IMG/VR virus record: IMGVR_UViG_3300011113_000747
Coordinates: 64,001-128,000 of that record
DNA length: 64,000 nucleotides
Source of the DNA: a virus
Reading direction: 5' to 3' (one strand)
The notes under the pieces are model-generated. The model had not been told where the DNA came from and did no database searches. It saw only the letters and a program-made list of their open reading frames with translations. Positions 17,324 to 25,925 of the stretch are shown piece by piece. The number at the start of each line of letters is the position of its first letter. Position 1 is the first letter of the stretch. Position numbers and translations under genes: made by a program.

Positions 17324-18643
17324 ATGTTAAAGCTCGATCTAGACTTCTTTGAGAATATTTTCTTATACAAATGCTGCACAGATAAAAGATATCTTGCAAC
17401 TACTATCGATTACACAAAGCCTGATTATTTCAAAAATGCAGATAACAAAAAAATATTTGAAATTATAAAAGGGTTCTATGATAATCGAAATGAATTACCC
17501 AACCTAACTGAGATTAAACAGTATTGTGCTGATGATGTAAGTAGATCTTCATTCAAAAATGTACTTACTACATTTCAATCATTAGATAAAACCTTTAATG
17601 AAGATGAGTTATATGAGAATACAGAGCAGTTTTTGAAAGAAAAGGCTGTATTCAATACTCTACTTGAGGTAGCAGCTGATGTTTCAAAGAGTAAAGCTGA
17701 TACATCTGTAATTCTAGATAAGTTTGAGAAGAGTTGCAATATATCATTGCAGACTGATGTTGGTTTAGACTTATATGAAGACATTGACAATGTTATTCAA
17801 CAGATTCAAGACGTTCAAGAGACGATTCCAAGTAAGTGGCCTTGGTTGGATGACTATATCGGTGGTGGGTTTATGAAAGATGGGCGTGCTTTGTATGTGT
17901 TTGCAGGTGAGACTAACATTGGTAAGTCAATTTTCCTTGGTAATATTGCAGCTAATATAGCAGATCAGAATAAGACTGTGTTGTTAATTACATTAGAAAT
18001 GCCTGAAATCTTATATGCAAAACGTATTTGTACTAATGTGAGTAAGATTCCAATGAAGACTCTTCATTTAGAGACAGGATCACTTAAAGCAGCTATTGAA
18101 GAGCTCAAGAAGAACAAGCCTGGTGGTAAGATTCTAATTAAAGAGTTTCCTCCAGCAACGATGACACCCAGACAAATTCAAGCTTTTATTAAAAAGATTG
18201 AAGATAAAGGTATTAAAATTGACGCAATTGTATTAGATTATTTGAATCTTTTGCATTCACCTCTTGGCAACAACAGTTACGAGCGAATTAAACATGTTAC
18301 TGAGCAGGTTCGTGCAATGTCATACATCTTTAACTGCCCGGTCATTAGTGCAACTCAGTTGAATCGTTCAGGTTTTGATGTATCTAACCCCGATCTTAAT
18401 ACAATTAGTGAGTCGATTGGTCTTGCAGCTACTGCAGATGTGATTGTTTCTATCTTCCAAAACGATGAAGATCGCGAACTAGAAATTATTAAGATGGGTA
18501 TGATGAAAAACCGTTTTGGAGCTCGTGGAACCACAACAGCGATGAAAATTGATTATTCAACTCTTACTATTTCTGAAGCAGATGGTCAGTCAGGTGGTAT
18601 GGAGAGTGAAATGTTAAGCTCTTTGAGTATGTTCGCGAGTTGA
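17324..18643 (+). CDS. gp41: Replicative DnaB-like helicase gp41
   Basis: AGETNIGKS, ITLEM, IKEFP, VLDYLNL, SATQLNRSG, SESIGLAATAD, KNRFG. Confidence 0.93.
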   Translation: MLKLDLDFFENIFLYKCCTDKRYLATTIDYTKPDYFKNADNKKIFEIIKGFYDNRNELPNLTEIKQYCADDVSRSSFKNVLTTFQSLDKTFNEDELYENTEQFLKEKAVFNTLLEVAADVSKSKADTSVILDKFEKSCNISLQTDVGLDLYEDIDNVIQQIQDVQETIPSKWPWLDDYIGGGFMKDGRALYVFAGETNIGKSIFLGNIAANIADQNKTVLLITLEMPEILYAKRICTNVSKIPMKTLHLETGSLKAAIEELKKNKPGGKILIKEFPPATMTPRQIQAFIKKIEDKGIKIDAIVLDYLNLLHSPLGNNSYERIKHVTEQVRAMSYIFNCPVISATQLNRSGFDVSNPDLNTISESIGLAATADVIVSIFQNDEDRELEIIKMGMMKNRFGARGTTTAMKIDYSTLTISEADGQSGGMESEMLSSLSMFAS

Positions 18644-18671
18644 TTATTTAGTTCATCCTCTAAATAATGAG

Positions 18672-18998
18672 GTGAACCAAAACTTTATAGAATATCTTAA
18701 AGAAAAATTCAAAACGACACAATTTTTTCAATTAAAACTTAATGGTAAATTATTTGTGAGCTTTTTTGATTTAGGTGTTACAACACCTGAGTTTATTAAA
18801 CTATGTCAGAAAAAGTTTAACTGTGATGTATTACTAATTGTAAATACAAAAAACAAAGAAGTTAATGTTTATAAAAACGAATTATCTGATATTGATATGT
18901 TATCGTTTAATAAAAAGGTATTTGGTAAAGGTATGGGTAATACATTTACATTTACAAAAGAGTTTTTAGGTTTAACCAAACATTTCAAGCCATGTTAA
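18672..18998 (+). CDS. Hypothetical protein (possible degenerate DHHA1-like domain)
   Basis: GTG start; in line with the replication genes. Confidence 0.5.
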   Translation: MNQNFIEYLKEKFKTTQFFQLKLNGKLFVSFFDLGVTTPEFIKLCQKKFNCDVLLIVNTKNKEVNVYKNELSDIDMLSFNKKVFGKGMGNTFTFTKEFLGLTKHFKPC

Positions 18999-19279
18999 TT
19001 GCAAATAAACACTACAACCCATCTCACTTTTTAGTAGAAGATGAAACAGAGCATGCATTGTTGTCTTTTTGTACCTTTTGCACTCTTTTGGTGGGTAAAA
19101 AACTATCTTTTCAGAATGTATTCTTGTTGATTCTGAAAGATGCTAAGCTAAAAAATATACTTAAACGAACTTTAGACGTTGATTCTGACTTTGAAATAGT
19201 TAAAATGTTTATAGATTACGATAATACAATTACTAAGTCAAAATATGTCACAAAATACATCAATTCTCTCAAAAAATGA
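18992..19279 (+). CDS. Hypothetical protein
   Basis: 95-aa ORF overlapping both neighbours. Confidence 0.6.
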   Translation: MLIANKHYNPSHFLVEDETEHALLSFCTFCTLLVGKKLSFQNVFLLILKDAKLKNILKRTLDVDSDFEIVKMFIDYDNTITKSKYVTKYINSLKK

Positions 19280-19934
19280 TATTACAGAGGATGAAAAATT
19301 TATATACAATGCATTTTTAGTCGCGTCAAGAAAATCTAAAAATAAACCTTTCAAAATTCGTTCTGACTTTTCGGACATTTCAGATGAAATCTACATTAAC
19401 CTAAAAAAATTAGGTTCGTTTTTTGCAGCACATAAAAATATCGGTTACAACGACTTTTTTTGGGCTCCATATGAAGTATATTCTAAAGATGAATATTTTG
19501 ACCTTAATTTTTACAATACAAGAAAGGCTATTGTAGCATATACACAATTTGTACGTAAAAAAGAAACGCAAGACCCAGATAGTGAAAGTTGTATTAATGA
19601 ATGTAAAGATGGTCTTAAAAACATTTACAATGAGTGCTTAATAAACGGTATAAACCTTGCTCAATATAAAGCATCAGCTCCACCAGTACCAATTTTCTTA
19701 ATTAATCTTAAATCCCATCTTATTAATTTTTACATTCTACATGGTTTGGATGTAGAAAAACAAATTAAGAGCATCGAACCAGAACTATTAGATTTTTATT
19801 GTAAAGATTTTTACGATACATTTTATAAAACAAGAACCAAATTTATTGCATCACAAAGATTAAAAGTAGTAATAAGAGAAGGTTTAAAAATAATTGAAAA
19901 AAAGCTGTTGAATTTTCCAAAACACAATCCATAA
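19245..19934 (+). CDS. Probable helicase loader gp59-like
   Basis: Directly upstream of gp32 as in T4, similar size; LKNIYNEC and FLINLKSHLINFYIL resemble T4 gp59 segments. Confidence 0.55.
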   Translation: MSQNTSILSKNDITEDEKFIYNAFLVASRKSKNKPFKIRSDFSDISDEIYINLKKLGSFFAAHKNIGYNDFFWAPYEVYSKDEYFDLNFYNTRKAIVAYTQFVRKKETQDPDSESCINECKDGLKNIYNECLINGINLAQYKASAPPVPIFLINLKSHLINFYILHGLDVEKQIKSIEPELLDFYCKDFYDTFYKTRTKFIASQRLKVVIREGLKIIEKKLLNFPKHNP

Positions 19935-19935
19935 T
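19908..19935 (+). promoter_or_regulatory. Sigma70-like promoter of gp32
   Basis: TTGAAT-N16-CATAAT, 11 nt before ATG 19947. Confidence 0.55.
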
Positions 19936-19946
19936 AAAAGTATACT

Positions 19947-20798
19947 ATGAGTAAATATAACCTAACGTCAATGTTCGATTCAATCAAAGAAGCTCTTACC
20001 TCTCAGGATAAAAAGCAGGGTGGTTTGCAGGATATTATGCAACTTAAAACTGGTAATACCTATACGGTTAGACTTCTTCCTAATACAAAGAATCCAAAGC
20101 AGTCTCTCTTTCATCATTTTACGCATGGTTGGAATTCTCTTGCTACTGGTAAGTATGTAAGTGCAATTTCACCTACAACATTCGGTGAACGTGATCCAAT
20201 TGCAGAAGAAAGGTACAAGGTTCTTCGAACTGGTACAGAAGAAGAAAAGGAAAAGATGAAAGTTATTCGTCGTGCTGAGCAGTGGCTTGTAAACGTCTAT
20301 GTTATCGATGATCCTTCTAATCCAGATAACAATGGTAAGGTAAAGATTCTTCGCTATGGTAAACAGCTTGGTAACATTATCAATAGTGCTATCAGTGGTG
20401 ATGAAGCTGAAGAGTTTGGTATGCGAGTTTTCGATCTTTCTAAAGAAGGTGTTAACTTCAAGATTAAGGTTGAGAAGCAGGGTGATTACCCAGTGTATAC
20501 TTCTTCGCGATTCACTTCTGTTGGTAGAGATCTCGGTTTGAGTGATTCGAAGCAAGATGAAATTCTTGAATCAACTCACGATCTTGAAAGTGTCTTCCGT
20601 GTCAAAACAGAAGATGAACTTAAGCAAATGCTTGATGAGCATTTTTATTGCAAGACTGCAGAAGATCGTGAAACTTCTACTTCATTACCTGAAGCAGATG
20701 AAGCAATTGCAGAACTTAGTAATAAAGTTAAACAACCTTCAGTTGTAGCATCTACTGTTGAGGATGCTGACATTGACGAGCTTCTTAAAGATCTATGA
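19947..20798 (+). CDS. gp32: Single-stranded DNA-binding protein gp32
   Basis: VRLLP, DPI, WLVNVYVIDDPSNPDNNGKVKILRYGK, G.NFKIK, acidic tail DIDELLKDL. Confidence 0.92.
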   Translation: MSKYNLTSMFDSIKEALTSQDKKQGGLQDIMQLKTGNTYTVRLLPNTKNPKQSLFHHFTHGWNSLATGKYVSAISPTTFGERDPIAEERYKVLRTGTEEEKEKMKVIRRAEQWLVNVYVIDDPSNPDNNGKVKILRYGKQLGNIINSAISGDEAEEFGMRVFDLSKEGVNFKIKVEKQGDYPVYTSSRFTSVGRDLGLSDSKQDEILESTHDLESVFRVKTEDELKQMLDEHFYCKTAEDRETSTSLPEADEAIAELSNKVKQPSVVASTVEDADIDELLKDL

Positions 20799-21313
20799 GT
20801 CCAGAAGAAATTGAACAACAAAAAATGCTACTCAATTTAATGGGTAGCATTTATGGTGAAGCCAAAAAGATTGATCAAAATCTAGTTGGTACATCTCTTA
20901 ATTTGAGACCTCAAAGTGAGAACGTCAAGCAGTTGTTCGAGGGTGCGCTGAGATCTACTCAGCCACCCGCTCCACCACCACAACCGCAGATTGTGCATGT
21001 ACCACCACCTAATACTGTTAATTTACCGCATGTTGTACAACCAGCACAAGAATCTAAACCAATTCAATTAGTTGACAATTCAGATCTTGTATCTACATTA
21101 AAAGGTATTGAAAGCAATCTTGGTAAGTTGGTAGAATTATTCACACAATATGAAGTTAAAGTTAAAAAAGCAACAAATCGAAAAGTTTCTAGAGTCTCTG
21201 GCGAAGATAAACGACCAGTGCATAGTGAAAGTGGAGAAGGACAAGATATCGTCGATAGTAACATCGACGGACAACACGTTGATCCTTTACGCAACTCTAA
21301 ACCATACGAATGA
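20795..21313 (+). CDS. Hypothetical protein with Pro/Gln-rich linker
   Basis: ATGA-coupled to gp32; 3' end overlaps gp45 by 164 nt. Confidence 0.6.
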   Translation: MSPEEIEQQKMLLNLMGSIYGEAKKIDQNLVGTSLNLRPQSENVKQLFEGALRSTQPPAPPPQPQIVHVPPPNTVNLPHVVQPAQESKPIQLVDNSDLVSTLKGIESNLGKLVELFTQYEVKVKKATNRKVSRVSGEDKRPVHSESGEGQDIVDSNIDGQHVDPLRNSKPYE

Positions 21314-21860
21314 ATCCGAAAGATCCTTGTGTATACCGGATTTAAAAAAGCTTAATCGTGTTTTAGACTGTATTAGTAGTGATGAAATTGAACTCCAAGT
21401 TAATCAAAATAACTTGGAGTATAAGTCTCCAGAGATAAAGTTTAAGTATCACCTATTTGAAGATGATTTTATTACACCTCCTTCAATTAAACCAGATAAA
21501 ATTATGTCTTTCGAGACTGATTTTACCTTTGAACTAATGAAAGATGACTTTAGTAAAATCAATAAAGCTTCAACATTTACAACTGAAACGAATAAGATTT
21601 ATTTTTATTTAGAAGATGGGGTTGTTAAGTGTGAACTTACAGATAAAGCTAGACATAATACAGATTCATTTCAATTACAGGTTGGTAAAAATATAGCAGG
21701 AGCTGAATTGAAGAATTTACCTGTTAATTTTGATAATTTCAAACTTATCAATTCAGATAACGTTAAAGTGTCTATTAATAACAGATACGGCGTACTTATA
21801 TTTGATATTGATCAGGAGCCGCTTAAATTAAGATATATTTTATCATCACTTACTCAATAA
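21150..21860 (+). CDS. gp45: Sliding clamp gp45
   Basis: L..LAKIN, I.DLKKLNRVLD and duplicated clamp fold pattern; 236 aa. Confidence 0.8.
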   Translation: MKLKLKKQQIEKFLESLAKINDQCIVKVEKDKISSIVTSTDNTLILYATLNHTNESERSLCIPDLKKLNRVLDCISSDEIELQVNQNNLEYKSPEIKFKYHLFEDDFITPPSIKPDKIMSFETDFTFELMKDDFSKINKASTFTTETNKIYFYLEDGVVKCELTDKARHNTDSFQLQVGKNIAGAELKNLPVNFDNFKLINSDNVKVSINNRYGVLIFDIDQEPLKLRYILSSLTQ

Positions 21861-21861
21861 T

Positions 21862-22215
21862 ATGGAATCCACATTAACATATCAAGACAAAAACAAACTC
21901 AAAACACCAGGATATTTTATCAAACGTCTCAAGGACAGTGGTATTATTACTCTCAGAGTGTTCCAAACATATGGAATGTCTGATCCTCGTAAGTGGACTA
22001 TTCTTGTAGACCCAGGTGTAGCATCAGTTTATGTTACATGCTATCAGAATAAAGAAAAGTTAAATGAAATTATGTTTGAAATTGATGATGGTGGTGTGAG
22101 ATTTCCTCGCAACTACTTTATTAAAACTCATTCTATTGAAGTTATTGTTGAATATCTTCTCGAAAAGGGTATTGCACAATATGATAAAAGCAACCCGTTC
22201 TACAAAAAGGACTAA
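21862..22215 (+). CDS. Hypothetical protein
   Basis: 117-aa ORF 1 nt after gp45 stop. Confidence 0.65.
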   Translation: MESTLTYQDKNKLKTPGYFIKRLKDSGIITLRVFQTYGMSDPRKWTILVDPGVASVYVTCYQNKEKLNEIMFEIDDGGVRFPRNYFIKTHSIEVIVEYLLEKGIAQYDKSNPFYKKD

Positions 22216-22217
22216 AT

Positions 22218-22586
22218 ATGTTTATGAGTGATGAACCTAAAAGGCGTAAAAAGAAAAAAACCACGCCACCAGCTCCAAAACAGGAAACTGAATGGGTACC
22301 ATCTGATAATGATGTAAGAGACTTAATTAATAGCATTCTTTCCAACAGAATAAAAGAAGTTAAGAAAATTAAAGACGTTGAGGATATTAATAATGCTCTC
22401 GTTTGCACAATAAGTGAGTTTCTTGATAGTTTTATGATATTAGGATACAATAGTGAAGGTATACCTATTGCTTTAACAAAAGCTAACACACCTCTTGATG
22501 CAGATGCGTTACATTCTCTTTTAGTTAAGTTCTTTTCAATTCAAATGGTTAAATTTAATGGTAAATATGGTGGGGAAGATTTTTAA
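22218..22586 (+). CDS. Hypothetical protein
   Basis: 122-aa ORF with basic N-terminal patch KRRKKKK. Confidence 0.6.
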   Translation: MFMSDEPKRRKKKKTTPPAPKQETEWVPSDNDVRDLINSILSNRIKEVKKIKDVEDINNALVCTISEFLDSFMILGYNSEGIPIALTKANTPLDADALHSLLVKFFSIQMVKFNGKYGGEDF

Positions 22587-22851
22587 ACGTGAGCCAGAGC
22601 CTAAAGCAAAAATACCCTATGCAGTACAAAATGGTCACTATGTAGGTGAAATGTTTGTTTATATGGAGAAAGACGATAAAAACTTTTATTTTATCTCTAT
22701 ACCTAAAAATATTAACAGAGAAGTCCCTAAAGAGAAGTTTTTCTTCGGTATTGAAAACAAAATACTAGAAGAAGTTGAAAAACTACCCAATAACATTTAT
22801 AGTCTTTTAAAATCGCAATATTTCTACAACAAAAAGAGAAATACTAAATAA
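22558..22851 (+). CDS. Hypothetical protein
   Basis: 97-aa ORF; exact start uncertain. Confidence 0.55.
   Translation: MVNMVGKIFKREPEPKAKIPYAVQNGHYVGEMFVYMEKDDKNFYFISIPKNINREVPKEKFFFGIENKILEEVEKLPNNIYSLLKSQYFYNKKRNTK
22845..22850 (+). promoter_or_regulatory. Late-type TAAATA box of the DUF1549/1553 gene
   Basis: taaataataaaag; identical 13-mer precedes the next gene at 24645. Confidence 0.6.
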
Positions 22852-22863
22852 TAAAAGACTATT

Positions 22864-24651
22864 ATGAAAAAACTCATCTTATTACTAGTAAGTATATGCA
22901 CCTTATCATTTGGTGCTACATTAGAACAGCTTAATAACTATAGTGGTTGGGTTGATTCTGTGTTACAAAAACAATATGTAGCTGCTAATGTTCAACCTCT
23001 TGGTAGGGTTAATGACGATACTTTTGTTCGTCGTGCATATCTTACAATTATTGGTAGAAACCCCACATACGAAGAGTATGAAATGTTCAATAAGGCGACT
23101 GATCCTAATAAAAGACAAGGATTAATTCAGTTTCTTATTAATCACCCTGGTTATACATCACATATGTTTAACTTTTGGGCTGAGTCGTTAAGATTGCGTG
23201 ATAGAATCAACACCACCAATAACTTCTCTGGTGGTCCTTATATTGATTATGTGAAGGATTCTATTGCAGCTAATAAATCTTATTCGAAATTTGTTACAGA
23301 TCTATTAACAGCAACAGGTTCTTATTACGATAATCCAGCTACTGGCTATTTCTATCGTGATTTAGGAATGCCTTTAGATAATCTAATTGGCACAGGTAAA
23401 GTGTTTATGGGTACTGATATTGGATGCGCACAATGCCATGATGATCCGTTCCAAGACTTCACTCAAATGCAGTTCTATAAGATGGCTGCTATGTTTAATC
23501 AGGTAGAACTTAGAGGTCGTGGAAGAGATAAAGACCCAGCTGTTGCAGCTCGTCAAAAAGCATTGAGAGAAGAAATTGATGCTTTGATTAAAGCTGATCC
23601 AATGAAGAATCGTGGATTGAACAATACAATTAATAACTTTGTTGCTGCTATGAGAGCTAATCTTGAAGTAGATGAAAAGCGCGAACTAAAACTACCACAT
23701 GATTACAACTACAAAGATGCAAAGCCATTTGATACAGTTGTACCTGCAGTTCTTTCTGGTAAAACAGAGATTAAAAACAAAGACGACATGAGAAAAGATG
23801 TTGTTGCTTGGTTGGTTAACCCAGAACACCCAACATTCACAAAGAACATTGTGAACCGTTACTGGAAATGGGTGTTCGGTAAGCATATCATCGAAGATTA
23901 TGATAATATCTATGATGATGAAAAGCTTAATAGTGAGCTTATGAATACACTTGCTGCAATTATGGTAAGTGTAAATTATGATACCAAACAGTTCATGTAT
24001 GTATTATACAATACCAAGTTATTTCAACGTGAACTCTACGATGGTGCATATTCAAATTCAGATAAGTTTGTGTTTATTGGACCAGTTAAACAACGTTTAA
24101 CTGCAGAGCAGATGTGGGATTCAGTTATTTCTATTGCTCTTGATAAACCAGATACATTCAAATTGACTTTCCAAGATGAATATGTAAAAGTAATGAGATA
24201 TTCATTAGAAGATCTCACTATTGATAAATTAAAAGCAAAGAATGAGGAATATCAGAAGATTATTCGTTCAAAATACGAGACTGCTCCAAAATATCGTAAT
24301 TACCCTCTTGTAAGAGCATCAGAGGTTAATGATAATGGACCCGTTAATACTATTCTTGAACAGCTTGGTCGTAGTGATCGTGAATTAATTGACACTTCAT
24401 CACGAGAAGGTTCAGTTACACAGGTTATTTCTTTCATGAACGGTCAATTAGCTGAAGTAGCAGTCAACAAAGAGACAAACCTTGCAAAGTTACTTGCAGG
24501 TAAGTCTCCAACCGATACCATTGATATTATCTTTAAGTCTGTATTAGTAAGAAGACCAACAATTGATGAAAAATCTAAGTTTGTTGGTGTGCAGGACGAT
24601 GATATCATCTGGGCACTAGTAAACAGTTCGGAGTTCAAATTCAATAAATAA
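22864..24651 (+). CDS. DUF1549 + DUF1553 (PSD-type) protein with Sec signal peptide and CxxCH motif
   Basis: MKKLILLLVSICTLSFGA signal; D.TFVRRAYLTIIGRNPT.EE, FMG..IGCAQCHD.PF, AWLV.PE.P.FTKNIVNRYW, RLTAEQMWDS, DIIWALVNSSEF. Confidence 0.93.
   Translation: MKKLILLLVSICTLSFGATLEQLNNYSGWVDSVLQKQYVAANVQPLGRVNDDTFVRRAYLTIIGRNPTYEEYEMFNKATDPNKRQGLIQFLINHPGYTSHMFNFWAESLRLRDRINTTNNFSGGPYIDYVKDSIAANKSYSKFVTDLLTATGSYYDNPATGYFYRDLGMPLDNLIGTGKVFMGTDIGCAQCHDDPFQDFTQMQFYKMAAMFNQVELRGRGRDKDPAVAARQKALREEIDALIKADPMKNRGLNNTINNFVAAMRANLEVDEKRELKLPHDYNYKDAKPFDTVVPAVLSGKTEIKNKDDMRKDVVAWLVNPEHPTFTKNIVNRYWKWVFGKHIIEDYDNIYDDEKLNSELMNTLAAIMVSVNYDTKQFMYVLYNTKLFQRELYDGAYSNSDKFVFIGPVKQRLTAEQMWDSVISIALDKPDTFKLTFQDEYVKVMRYSLEDLTIDKLKAKNEEYQKIIRSKYETAPKYRNYPLVRASEVNDNGPVNTILEQLGRSDRELIDTSSREGSVTQVISFMNGQLAEVAVNKETNLAKLLAGKSPTDTIDIIFKSVLVRRPTIDEKSKFVGVQDDDIIWALVNSSEFKFNK
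24645..24650 (+). promoter_or_regulatory. Late-type TAAATA box of DUF1501 copy B
   Basis: TAAATA-ataaaagcc-ATG; overlaps the last codons of the upstream gene. Confidence 0.55.
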
Positions 24652-24659
24652 TAAAAGCC

Positions 24660-25895
24660 ATGAATAACTTAACAAGACGTAATTTCGTGCTTAATCTTGC
24701 TTCTGCAGGTTTAGGTGTAACCGTTCTACCTCACGTTGCAGCTGCTCCAGCTAGCAAAAAAGCAGAACATATCATTTATTTGTTTATGAATGGTGGTATG
24801 AGTCATTTAGATACATTTGATCCTAAAACTAATGCAGAAGTTAAGGGTGAATTTAATTCTATTACCACAAATGCAGGTTATGAAATCTCAGAACACCTAC
24901 CTTTGATGGCTAAGCATGGTGATAAGATGGCAGTTGTTCGTTCCATGATGGTTACAACAGGTGATCACGCTGGAGCGCAATATTTACAAAGAACTTCATT
25001 CAAGAAGATTGGTACAATTGTACACCCTAACATGGGAGCTTGGATGTGTCATTATACTGAAGATGGAAAACCAAAAGTCATTCCACAAAACGTATTAATC
25101 GGTGGTGGAGCTGATCATCCTGGTGCTGGTTGGATGCCTAAGAAGTATTCTCCTATTCCAGTTGCAGATCCAATGAGAGGTCTTGATAATACTAAGCTTA
25201 AGAATACAGCAGAGTTCGCAAAGAGGGTGCAAATCCTAGAAAAGCTTGAAAAAGATGCAAATAAGATTATTAACCCAGCTCAAAAGTCATATGCTGAGTT
25301 TTATGATCAAACAATCCGTCTTCTTAACTCTAATGAGCTTGATGTATTTGATCTTTCTAAGGTAGATCAAGCAACAAGAGACAAATATGGTAATAATCGT
25401 TTTGGTCAAGGGGTTTGCTTAGCAAAACGCTTGATTGAGCAAGGTAAATGTAAGTTCATTGAAGTTTCTGATGGTGGTTGGGATACACACGTTAATAACT
25501 TTGAGTCTCTTGAAACCAAACTTGGTATTCTTGATCAAGCAGTCAACGCACTTATCGAAGACCTTAAAGCATCAGGTCTTTACGATAAGACCCTTATCGT
25601 AATTGCAACAGACTTCGGTAGAACACCAAATATTAACATTAATAATGGTAGGGATCACCATCCAGGTGCTTTCTGCGGTGTTCTTATCGGAGCAGGCATT
25701 AAAGGTGGTCAAGCTTATGGTAAATCTGATGATAAAGGTATGAAAGCTGTTGAAAACATTGTAAGTCCATCTGATTTCAATGCTACTATTGCAGCTGCTG
25801 CCGGGTTACCAATTGATGAAATTGTAATGTCACCTGAAAATCGACCATTCAAGATCGCAGATAAAGGTAAACCTATTCAAGCACTTTTAGCTTGA
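24660..25895 (+). CDS. DUF1501 family protein with Tat signal peptide (copy B)
   Basis: LTRRNFV twin-arginine leader; GGMSHLDTFDPK, VVRSM, HP.MGAW, GGWDTH, DLK.SGL.DKTLIV, TDFGRTP, GRDHH. Confidence 0.93.
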   Translation: MNNLTRRNFVLNLASAGLGVTVLPHVAAAPASKKAEHIIYLFMNGGMSHLDTFDPKTNAEVKGEFNSITTNAGYEISEHLPLMAKHGDKMAVVRSMMVTTGDHAGAQYLQRTSFKKIGTIVHPNMGAWMCHYTEDGKPKVIPQNVLIGGGADHPGAGWMPKKYSPIPVADPMRGLDNTKLKNTAEFAKRVQILEKLEKDANKIINPAQKSYAEFYDQTIRLLNSNELDVFDLSKVDQATRDKYGNNRFGQGVCLAKRLIEQGKCKFIEVSDGGWDTHVNNFESLETKLGILDQAVNALIEDLKASGLYDKTLIVIATDFGRTPNININNGRDHHPGAFCGVLIGAGIKGGQAYGKSDDKGMKAVENIVSPSDFNATIAAAAGLPIDEIVMSPENRPFKIADKGKPIQALLA

Positions 25896-25919
25896 TAATA
25901 TAAGGAAATCGTCTATAAT
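25892..25919 (+). promoter_or_regulatory. Sigma70-like promoter of rnh
   Basis: TTGATA-N16-TATAAT, 6 nt before ATG 25926; -35 box contains the DUF1501 TGA stop. Confidence 0.72.
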
Positions 25920-25925
25920 AGGGGT

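Noticed and set aside
15983-25895. DUF genes as host contamination or prophage flank
   Set aside because: Interleaved with phage core genes, AT-rich codons, phage-type boxes and stop/promoter overlap with rnh; read-level confirmation still advisable
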